In this document: piece after piece, positions 13,443-23,998 of the stretch
Layout: every line of letters starts with the position of its first letter
Position numbering within the stretch: the stretch's first letter is position 1
Assembly: GCA_032718475.1 (NCBI GenBank)
Contig: JAUCBJ010005616.1
Coordinates: 1 to 54,762 of the forward strand
Direction of reading: 5' to 3'
Source of the DNA: Nemertoderma westbladi
Taxonomy: Eukaryota; Animalia; Xenacoelomorpha
DNA: 54,762 bases
The notes under the pieces: model-generated
Told to the model about the DNA's origin: nothing
Databases searched by the model: none
Seen by the model: the letters and a program-made list of their open reading frames with translations, nothing else
Translations under genes and position numbers: made by a program

Positions 13443-13861
13443 CTTCCACAGTCACCTACTGCAATGCCAATTATTGCGCTCGTATTATTACTGTACATCC
13501 TAAGGAATGGCTCCTCTGTATGGCTTCATGAAGGAAACATCTCTCTGTATGTCGTGTATGGTTCACAGCATGGGGTCTACTGTTAGTGTCTACTGTACGT
13601 ATTTCGGCCTAATTTTGCTATTTACTATTAATTTTACTTTAAATACTGTTTCCTTGTTTTCGGTTACGCTACAATTTAAATTTTGGACATATAATATACA
13701 TTTTATGTACATAATATATAAACAAACTAATCTATTTTAAGGGTTAAAATATACTTGGTAATTTAATTTTGTTTGGAGCTTTTCGTATAATTTGTAATGT
13801 TGGAGTCCTTATTTACATAACATTATAATCATTCCATAACAATAATATTATATCATATGGA

Positions 13862-14551
13862 ATGGCTCCACCACGAACTAATTTATTAGAATGGCTCCGA
13901 GTCCATCTGGAGCACAAGTCATTTGGATCGCAATTAATGTGGTTAGATGAGTCTAATAAAACGTTCAAAGTAACCGGAAGTCATGGTAACACAAAAACCT
14001 GCAAAACAGAAGATTACAAGGTTTATACAGAATGGCAAAAATATTCCCCTAGCGGGCGATACAAGAATTTATCAACTGGCGAGGCTCGGAAAAGGGCTAA
14101 ACATTCTTTCAATGCCAATATGTTATCTTTTACTAAGGAAAAGGGAAAACTCCCACGTCGTTTAGAACTATTAGAAAAAACCTCTTGTAGCCGAAGTTAC
14201 CAATTTATCATTGGGGAATCTTCTACTAACATAGACTCTAGAACCAATGCTGGTGCATTTCCTGAGTTCGTTCCTCCCAATTATTCGGAATTCATCACTG
14301 CTGATACGCCTGAAGCATTTATGTTGCAACAAACGACGGTTGCTGGAGATTGTTGTCAGGATGCCGATATTGGTCCCACCAGTAGTAGTGACCTTGGCTA
14401 CAACATAGTTGAAGTTGAAGGAATAGCAATGCATCGCGCTACTGGGTCGACTACGTTCGATATTCCAAACTTATTGAAAAACTATTACGACCCGATGATT
14501 GGTGTTGCGAGCGGTGCGACGGTCTATGGAGACAGTGAGTCCGAGTTGTAG
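13862..14551 (+). CDS. Interferon regulatory factor (IRF)-like protein, 229 aa, N-terminal IRF DNA-binding domain, single exon
   Basis: LLEWL...LMWLDESNKTFKV...SH...EDYKVYTEW...SGRY...KHSFNANM...RSYQF follows the IRF tryptophan-pentad layout with 3 of 5 Trp retained. Acidic C-terminal tail and no IAD recognised. Confidence 0.8.
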   Translation: MAPPRTNLLEWLRVHLEHKSFGSQLMWLDESNKTFKVTGSHGNTKTCKTEDYKVYTEWQKYSPSGRYKNLSTGEARKRAKHSFNANMLSFTKEKGKLPRRLELLEKTSCSRSYQFIIGESSTNIDSRTNAGAFPEFVPPNYSEFITADTPEAFMLQQTTVAGDCCQDADIGPTSSSDLGYNIVEVEGIAMHRATGSTTFDIPNLLKNYYDPMIGVASGATVYGDSESEL

Positions 14552-14901
14552 ATAAACAATGTGTTCTACATAAATATCGGTTTTTTGGTCTCCAACATTT
14601 GATATTGAACTTAAAACCCCTGAGAACTCCACCCACGTATTATGTAGTAATGTCTAGATTGAAGAAACGGTCATCGATTTATTTCCTACTACTGTGTAGT
14701 AATCACTAACTCGTTATAGTTTGTTAAAGGAAGATACTCATCCTTCCGAGGAGAGAGGAAGAGTAATTAAATGAACGGAGAAGTCGCAACCCAAACATCA
14801 AATCGCCTACTGGCGTCTCAAACCTGAATGTACCCAAATATTGATTAGTGATTTCGTTAGTAGGCCTACCGGTACTCATTCACAAACACCTATGCACTAT
14901 A

Positions 14902-17068
14902 GGGTGTAAACGTTACGCCGACAGCCGCCAGCCGACAACCGCCAGCCGACAACTGACAACCGAAGCCGACAACCGACAACAGCCAGCCGACAACTGAAGC
15001 CGACAGCCGACAACCCACAGCCGACAACCGAAGTCGATAACCGACAGCCGACAATCAACAACCGACAGCCGACAACCGAAGCCGACTACCAACAGCCAAC
15101 AACCGCCAGCCGACAACCGACAACCGAAGACGACAGCCGACAACCGACAGCCGACAACCGAAGCCGGCAAGCGACAGCCGACAACCGACAACCGAAGCCG
15201 AAAACCGATAAACGACAGCCGACAACCGAAGCCGACAACCGACATTCGACAGCCGACAACCAACAGCCGACAGCGAACAACCGATAGCAGACAACCGATA
15301 GTTTTCACTTTTCGGTCGATATATTGTAGATTATATTTTATATGAAGAATTTGTATTTGTTTTAAGAATTATGGTGTATTTATTAAATATAATAAAATAG
15401 CCTAGCGCTGATGCAAAACCATGCAACTTTTGAACGCCCGCCTCAGCTATTTTTCAACGAAATTCAGGTTGTGCTACATAATTAGAATCCTTGCATGGCC
15501 AGCTTTCTTGCAGTACCAACTAACAGCTATAAGGTAGAATAATAACTGCGGTGAGAACACTTTTTTTAAACGCTTGTAGCTAAAGATTGAATAAAAAATA
15601 AAAATTCTGGCTCACCCAGTAAGAGGTCGGGAAATGAAAATAATCCCTGTTTCAAATTTCATAAAATCTCATTAAGATTTGCAGAAAAATTAGGTGGGCT
15701 GTTGGGGGGTGGGGGGGGGGGGGGGGGGGTGTCACTGAATTACGACACTATATTCCGGGACATACATGGTATACTGTGTGACATTTTTTTTACATTGCTA
15801 CCCTTCTTATGTAGTACAATTGAATGCAATACATTCATTGAGTAGTCCCATAAGGGCCCAATTAGAAAGTTTACGTCATTATTGGCGGAAAGTTTACGTC
15901 ATTATTGGCGGGTTGTTGTGGTGTTTTAGTATCCATAGTAAAAGGAGCATGTTACAAGCAAAGTAATCAAATGCTTACCGTGCCAGTGGAAGTGTAAAGA
16001 AGGTTACTTACTAATATCACTGCTATATTATGGATGGCCAGTAATCGTCAAGCAACATGACCTTCCAATAAACTCTGATACTCTAACATTACTGTGTTAT
16101 GGATAGTCAGTGTTCTTCAAGTATATCGTCATGCGTGCGCCCATGTGAAGAATACCAGGATTACCAGGGGCGCTTATTTCTGTCTTATAACAGGCCCATG
16201 TGAAGAATACCAGACTTTGTGCCGTTATATTTCACTTTGCAGTTACCCCAATATAAGAATACCAGGTTTTCACCAAAACCACAGGTTACAGAAGGGCTGA
16301 ATCTAACCAAAAAAATTAACAAATTAGTATATGTACAGGTTAGAAGACAGAAATAAGCGCTATAAAACACTTAATAAAGATAAATTTAAAAAAATTATAA
16401 ATCTTCATATTTAAATTTTCAATAAAAAGTCGACCGAAAAGTGAAATCCTGGTATTCTTCACATGGGCGTTATAACTTGTACAAATACTAATTCGTTTAT
16501 TGTTTTGGTTAGATTCAGTGGTTAGATTCAGTAACCTGTGCTTTTGGTGAAAACCTGGTATTCTTCACATGGTGATAACTGCAAAGTGAAATATAACGAC
16601 AGAATTTCTGGAATTCTTCACATGGGCCCATGCGTGACCATTAATTATTGGTACTGTATTTAATAATCTTATATCGGTGTTAAAGATAGTTCATTATCTT
16701 AAATAATCAATAATGTGCACTTAATTTTTTTATAAGTATAGAGTTTAAAAGTACACAAGGCTCAAATTCGTTTAGAAATGATTATTGCAGTTTATTAATA
16801 TTTTCTTCACCAAATTGCTCTTTTTATTGTTGTTATTTAATTACCGTTAATAATGGTTGTCGGCTTTCGGTTGTCAGCTGTCGGTTGTCGTATGTCGGCT
16901 GTCGATTGTCGGCTGTTGGTTGTCGGCTGTCGGCTGTCCGTTGTCGGCTGTCGATTGTCGGCTGTCTGTTGTTGATTGTCGGCTGTCTGTTGTTGATTGT
17001 CGGCTGTCGGTTGTCGGCTGTTGGTGATCGGCTGTCGGCTGTCGGCTGTCGACGTAACCTTTACACCC
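14902..17068. mobile_element. Foldback/Mutator-like non-autonomous DNA transposon, TIRs built of 7-bp CGACA(G/A)C repeats
   Basis: Termini GGGTGTAAACGTTACG...CGTAACCTTTACACCC. 9-bp TSD TGCACTATA at 14893-14901 and 17069-17077. Inverted subrepeat arrays at about 14915-15300 and 16855-17052. Confidence 0.85.
16138..16628. mobile_element. MITE (TIR CGCCCATGTGAAGAATACCAG) containing an inverted copy of itself (16193-16469)
   Basis: Outer 8-bp TSD CATGCGTG (16130-16137 and 16629-16636). The inner copy is flanked by TTATAAC duplications. Same family as 17158 and 54449. Confidence 0.8.
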
Positions 17069-17157
17069 TGCACTATACGTCATGGGGACTATAGTTGCAC
17101 ACGAAGTAAGATAACTTTTTGGCATAAAGTTTTATCACAGGTAAAAATATATTGTCT

Positions 17158-17386
17158 CGCCCATGTGAAGAATACCAGGATTTCATTTTTCGGTCGACTT
17201 TTTATTGGAATTTTATATATGAAGATTTTTAATTTTTTGAATATATCTTGATTAAGTGTTTTATAGCGCTTATTTCTGTTTTATAACCTGTACATATACT
17301 AATTCGTTTATTGTTTTGGTTTGAGTCAACCCTTCTGTAACCTGTGTTTTTGGTGAAAACCTGGTATTCTTCACACGGGGGTAACT
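17158..17386. mobile_element. Truncated copy of the CGCCCATGTGAAGAATACCAG MITE
   Basis: Colinear with 54449-54680. The right TIR is missing. Confidence 0.8.
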
Positions 17387-17417
17387 TTGTCTAGTGTGTA
17401 TGGGAAAAGGTTCGTAT

Positions 17418-19084
17418 GTTAGTTCATGGTGCTCATTGGATTGTGTTGGTTCACGGTGCTCGTTAGATTGTGTTAGTTCGTGGGGCTCTTTAGATTGTGT
17501 TAGTTCGTGGTGCTCGTTAGATTGTGTTAGTTCGTGGTGCTCATTGGATTGTGTTGGTTCACGGTGCTCGTTTGATTGTGTTAGTTCGTGGTGCTCTTTA
17601 GATTGTGTTAGTTCGTGGTGCTCTTTAGATTGTGTTAGTTCATGGTGCTCCTTGGATTGTGTTGGTTCACGGTGCTCGTTAGATTGTGTTAGTTCGTGGT
17701 GCTCTTTAGATTGTGTTAGTTCGTGGGGCTCGTTAGATTGTGTTAGTTCATGGTGCTCATTGGATTGTGTTAGTTTACGTTGCTCGTTAGATTGTGTAAG
17801 TTCATGGTGCTCATTGGATTGTGTTGGTTCACGGTGCTCGTTAGATTGTGTTAGTTCGTGGTGCTCTTTAGATTGTGTTAGTTCGTGGTGCTCGTTAGAT
17901 TGTGTTAGTTAATGGTGCTCATTGGATTGTGTTAGTTTACGTTGCTCGTTAGATTGTGTTAGTTCATGGTGCTCATTGGATTGTGTTGGTTCACGGTGCT
18001 TGTTAGATTGTGTTAGTTCGTGGTGCTCATTGGATTGTGTTGGTTCATGGTGCTCATTGGATTGCGTTGGTTCACGGTGCTCGTTTGATTGTGTTAGTTT
18101 ATGGTGCTCATTGGATTGTGTTAGTTCGTGGTGCTCGTTAGATTGTGTTAGTTCGTGGTGCTCTTTAGATTGTGTTAGTTCGTGGTGCTCGTTAGATTGT
18201 GTTAGTTCGTGGTGCTCTTTAGATTGTGTTAGTTCGTGGTGCTCGTTAGATTGTGTTAGTTCGTGGTGCTCATTGGATTGTGTTGGTTCATGGTGCTCAT
18301 TGGATTGTGTTAGTTCGTGGTGCTCGTTAGATTGTGTTAGTTCGTGGTGCTCGTTAGATTGTGTTAGTTCGTGGTGCTCATTGGATTGTGTTGGTTCATG
18401 ATGCTCATTGGATTGTGTTAGTTCGTGGTGCTCGTTAGATTGTGTTAGTTTGTGGTGCTCTTTAGATTGTGTTAGTTCGTGGTGCTCGTTAGATTGTGTT
18501 AGTTCGTGGTGCTCATTGGATTGTGTTGGTTCATGGTGCTCATTGGATTGTGTTAGTTCGTGGTGCTCGTTAGATTGTGTTAGTTCGTGGTGCTCGTTAG
18601 ATTGTGTTAGTTAGTGGTTTAGATTGTGTTAGTTCGTGGTGCTCTTTAGATTGTGTTAGTTCGTGGTGCTCGTTAGATTGTGTTAGTTCGTGGTGCTCGT
18701 TAGATTGTGTTAGTTAGTGGTTTAGATTGTGTTAGTTCGTGGTGCTCTTTAGATTGTGTTAGTTCGTGGTGCTCGTTAGATTGTGTTAGTTCGTGGTGCT
18801 CATTGGATTGTGTTGGTTCATGGTGCTAATTGGATTGTGTTAGTTCGTGGTGCTCGTTAGATTGTGTTAGTTCGTGGTGCTCGTTAGATTGTGTTAGTTC
18901 GTGGTGCTCATTGGATTGTGTTAGTTCATGGAGCTCATTGGATTGTGTTAGTTCGTGGTGCTCATTGGATTGTGTTAGTTCATGGTGCTCATTGGATTGG
19001 GTTGGTTCATGGTGCTCATTGGATTGTGTTGGTTCGTGGTGCTCATTGGATTGTGTTGGTTCGTGGTGCTCTTTAGATTGTGTT
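17418..19084. repeat. 27-bp minisatellite TTAGATTGTGTTAGTTCGTGGTGCTCG, about 62 copies
   Basis: Directly visible. Two 22-bp variant units near 18600 and 18700. Confidence 0.95.
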
Positions 19085-19569
19085 TGTTATTGTTATTTTT
19101 TTTGTAGACCTCAAAAATCATTGTTCCCAAAAATTTTACCCGTTATATCACAGTCTTATTGCGGTTTTTCAACTAAAACAAATCATTTAGACCTAAAATC
19201 AAAATCAATCTCAATTTTATTATGTAAAAAATATGTGCTAACCGCGCTGGAGATCACATTCACTTTCGGTCAATTTGGGGCCACTATCTGAGTTAATCTT
19301 CCTATACTACCTATTTTGTATTGTTACTTCCTATCACCACTACTTAAACTATCAGACTAAATATTGGACATATTGTACATATTATATAATGTATTATGTA
19401 GTGTATTAATTGTACATATTTTAGTCTGATAGTTTAAGTAGTGCTGATAGGAAGTAGTGTTTAGTGGTTTCAGTAGTCAGTTGTATGTACGAGCTATGCC
19501 CTGTTGAAGGCCTGTTATTTGTATTTAAATACATGTTGGGTTGACATATTGGCAATAACTGTTTTATTT

Positions 19570-22500
19570 GGGTCAGAGTAAAACGCGGATCCGGATCAGG
19601 ATCCGGATTCTATCATTTAACATTGTCCCTATGGAAGTCGACTGAATTTACATTTTTAGGGTGTAATCTGCGGATCCGCGCACTGCTAAATTTACCGAAT
19701 CCGTAACCGAGTGTAAAATGCGGATTGGCCTTTTTTCAGATCCGGAACGGAGTGTAAAGCGCGGATTCATGTTTTAGGCTAAATCCTGAACGGAGTGTAA
19801 AACGCGGATTCATTTTTCTACTGAATCCGGGATTGGGTGTAAAATACGGATTCAGGTTTATTACAAAGTTTTATTGGATCCGGAATGGAGTGTAAAACGC
19901 GGATTCTAGTTAATTACCAAGTTTTGTTGGATCCGGAATTGAGTGTAAAACACGGATTTACGTTAGTTACCAAGTTTTATTGGATCCGGAATGGAGTGTA
20001 AAACGCGGATTCTAGTTAATTACCAAGTTTTGTTGGATCCGGAATGGAGTGTAAAACACGGATTTACGTTAATTATCAAGTTTTATTGGATCCGGAATGG
20101 AGTGTAAAACACGGATTTACGTTAATTACCAAGTTTTATTGGATCCGGAATGGAGTGTAAAACACGGATTTACGTTAGTTACCAAGTTTTATTGGATCCG
20201 GAATGGAGTGTAAAACACGGATTTACGTTAATTACCAAGTTTTGTTGGATCCGGAATGGAGTGTAAAACGCGGATTCTAGTTAATTACCAAGTTTTGTTG
20301 GATCCGGAATGGAGTGTAAAATACGGATTTACGTTAATTACCAAGTTTTATTGGATCCGGAATGGAGTGTAAAACACGGATTTACGTTAGTTACCAAGTT
20401 TTATTGGATCCGGAATGGAGTGTAAAATGCGGATTCAAGTTAATTACCATGTTTTATTGGATCCGGAATGGAGTGTAAAACACGGATTTACGTTAGTTAC
20501 CAAGTTTTATTGGATCCGGAATGGAGTGTAAAATACGGGTTTATTTACGTTAATTAAAGTTTTATTGGATCCGGAATGGAGTGTAAAACGCGGATTCTAG
20601 TTAATTACCAAGTTTTATTGGATCCGGAATGGAGTGTAAAAACGGATTTACGTTAATTACTAAGTTTTATTGGATCCGGAATGGAGTGTATAACACGGAT
20701 TTACGTTAATTACCAAGTTTTGTTGGATCCGGAATGGAGTGTAAAACACGGATTTACGTTAGTTACCAAGTTTTATTGGATCCGGAATGGAGTGTAAAAC
20801 GCGGATTCTAGTTAATTACCAAGTTTTGTTGGATCCGGAATGGAGTGTAAAAACGGATTTACGTTAATTACTAAGTTTTATTGGATCCGGAATGGAGTGT
20901 ATAACACGGATTTACGTTAATTACCAAGTTTTGTTGGATCCGGAATGGAGTGTAAAACACGGATTTTCGTTAGTTACCAAGTTTTATTGGATCCGGAATG
21001 GAGTGTAAAACACGGATTTACGTTAGTTACCAAGTTTTATTGGATCCGGAATGGAGTGTAAAATGCGGATTCAAGTTAATTACCATGTTTTATTGGATCC
21101 GGAATGGAGTGTAAAACGCGGATTCTAGTTAATTACCAAGTTTTGTTGGATCCGGAATGGAGTGTAAAACACGGATTTACGTTAGTTACCAAGTTTTATT
21201 GGATCCGGAATGGAGTGTAAAACGCGGATTCTAGTTAATTACCAAGATTTGTTGGATCCGGAATGGAGTGTAAAACACGGATTTACGTTAGTTACCAAGT
21301 TTTATTGGATCCGGAATGGAGTGTAAAATGCGGATTCAAGTTAATTACCAAGTTTTATTGGATCCGGAATGGAGTGTAAAACACGGATGTACGTTAGTTA
21401 CCAAGTTTTATTGGATCCGGAATGGAGTGTAAAACGCGGATTCTAGTTAATTACCAAGTTTTGTTGGATCCGGAATGGAGTGTAAACCTCGGATTTACGT
21501 TAATTATCAAGTTTTATTGGATCCGGAATGGAGTGTAAAACACGGATTTACGTTAATTACCAAGTTTTATTGGATCCGGAATGGAGTGTAAAACACGGAT
21601 TAATGTTAATTACCAAGTTTTATTGGATCCGGGAAGGGGTGTAAAACGCGGATTCAAGTTAATTAGTAAGTTTTAATGAACAATTTGTAAAACGCATATG
21701 CAATAAGGACCCAGACCCTCATCTAGTTACAATTATTAATTAGTGCAATGTTTATTGTTCTTTAGTAATTTTTCTTGGCTTGCTGACTTTCCTGGTTTTT
21801 TTCGTCTCCGGACTCGGGGTGCACGATGTTTGCGTAGTAAGTTCAAGCGGCTCAACAATGGCTGTATCATTGGTTGGACTCGGAATAACGAATCCCGTAA
21901 ATGGAACCTTTACAAAGTCATCACTGTCATCCATGTTTAATAAGAAATTAAATAAGAAATTATACTGAACAGTTCAGCCTCCATAAATTACGAAGGCAGC
22001 ACGCTTGCAAGGCCGCTTGCAAGGCAAATAGAGTACGCTATGATGCAGTACAAACTACCGCCAGCTAAGCAGAACAGTGATTCTTGTTTGTAAGGGAGGT
22101 TGGGATGGATAAGCCAATCAGGGAACAGGACAGTAATCCTACCATACAATTGTCTACAGAGCCGCTCTACCAGAGAGGTCATGTTCCCACGGTAGTAGTT
22201 TTTCAGCTAATCAATATCTAATAATGTCTGACGGCCAAACATCACCATCGCCCTTATTAATAATTTATTGGGAAGCATTGACCCCTATTAAGGTGTCCCC
22301 CAGAGCCGGATTAAGCTTATGTGTGGCCCCTAGACATAGACAAATTATTAAGGTGTCTATTAACTATTAAGGTGTCCCCCATTAATGTTTGTGTCCCTCA
22401 TTAATATGTGTCCCTCATTAATAGTTGTGTCCCTCATTAACAAACTCAGTAATTAACGTAAATCCGCATTTTACACCCCTTCCCGGATCCAGTAACACTT

Positions 22501-23204
22501 TGTAATTAACCTGAATCAATCCGCGTTTTACACCTCTTCCCGGATCTAGTAACACTTGGTAAATAAATTGAATCCGTGTTTTACACTCCTTTCCGGATCC
22601 AATAAAACTTGGTAATTAACATAAATCCGTGTTTTACACTCCATTCCGGATCCAATAAAACTTTGTAATTAACGAAAATCCGTGTTTTACACTCCATTCC
22701 GGATCCAATAAAACTTGGTCATTAACGAAAATCCGTGTTTTACACTCCATTCCGCATCCAATAAAACTTGGTAATTAACGTAAATCCGTGTTTTACACTC
22801 CTTTCCGGATCCAACAAAACCTGTTAATTAACATAAATCCGCGTTTTACACTCCATTCCGGATCCAACAAAATCTGGTAATTAACGAAAATCCGTGTTTT
22901 ACACTCCATTCCGGATCCAATAAAAATTGGTAATTAACGAAAATCCGTGTTTTACACTCCATTCCGGATCCATTAAATCTTGGTAATTAACGTAAATCCG
23001 TATTTTACACTCCATTCCGGATTCACAAAATATATGAATCCGCGTTTTACACTGCAATACGGATTGCGTATTTCAGAATCCGCATATTACACTCAGTTAC
23101 GGATTGTATGTAAATCCGGATCCGCCTTTTACACTCGCAAATCCGGGTCCTGATCCGTATCCGGAATCCGGATCCGGATCCGGATCCGCGTTTTACACCT
23201 ACCC
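19570..23204. mobile_element. Foldback/Mutator-like non-autonomous element with long asymmetric TIRs of 53-bp tandem repeats
   Basis: Termini GGGTCAGAGTAAAACGCGGATCCGG...CCGGATCCGCGTTTTACACCTACCC. 9-bp TSD GTTTTATTT at 19561-19569 and 23205-23213. The 53-bp unit occurs about 34x forward (about 19860-21675) and about 11x inverted (about 22448-23020). Confidence 0.88.
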
Positions 23205-23961
23205 GTTTTATTTTGATCACCCTAAAGATGCACCACCTCCTTTGACTACTCTATGATGTTTACCCCGCGCCCGGTGACCTGGGCCCAATGTGTTAATTAA
23301 AATGTTCTGGAACATCACTAAAGCGTACTTTTTCATCCGTACATTACCCTCTTTTGCCTATTTCGCCAATTTCCGCAGAATTTCCATGAATATAAAAGTA
23401 TGATGCACAATATCAATTTTTATAGTCTCTTATGGGTCATTATCAAGGTTATTTAGAATCCAAAGAATAAGATATATTGATTGGGAATTACTCTTGTGTT
23501 TTATGCTAGATTGTGCGATGACGGAGATTGACGACGACTAACGGCAAACTGGTAGTTTTATATACTGCTGGTTGCCGAATTAATGTTTTCCATTTCATTG
23601 GTAATAATATAATCAATGTTATGTACTAGTTGCCTAGTAACGTCGCAAGCGTGCTGCATAACTTTAATTGATTTACATTATTGTGATGAATGTAGGTAAT
23701 CATTGTAGAATAAATATATTGTCAAGTTTAGTATATTTGGCATCTAATTATAAAATGTTCGTTAAAGGTTAACTTTATTTATTTCAGCCAAATCACCATC
23801 TATTTCTTTCTCGTGCGATAATGGGGTGACGACACGAGCTAATGATATATATATCACTTGCATCTTCGATAATCCAATACAAATAAAATATCCCATAAAG
23901 TTTTTATATTTCTTATCGTTATTTCTTATAATTGGTGTTGTTTATTAGAGATCGAGCAACC

Positions 23962-23998
23962 ATGGGTGATTACGGGCACCCAGGTGCACCCCCTACAA
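23962..23998 (+). CDS. SSUH2: SSUH2 first coding exon (MGDYGHPGAPPT)
   Basis: ACCATGG start context, donor A|GTACGT, phase 1 matches the next exon. Confidence 0.6.

Noticed and set aside
13400-13600. The 38-41-bp satellite as a second amplified splice junction (minus strand TTTATTTTGTAACACAG or plus strand CTGTAG)
   Set aside because: The adjacent unique sequence gives no recognisable open exon in any frame, so this cannot be supported without transcripts.
15703-15729. Poly-G runs (also 30784-30806) as G-quadruplex elements
   Set aside because: Simple homopolymers inside transposon bodies. Their length is unreliable and there is no further support.
14913-17251. CRLSVVG / SRQPTTD ORFs
   Set aside because: These are translations of the 7-bp TIR subrepeats.
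17394-19291. 27-bp repeat as a coding repeat (SLDCVSSWC on +, EHHELTQSN on -)
   Set aside because: Stops interrupt the + frame, two 22-bp units shift the frame, and no start or splice context was found.
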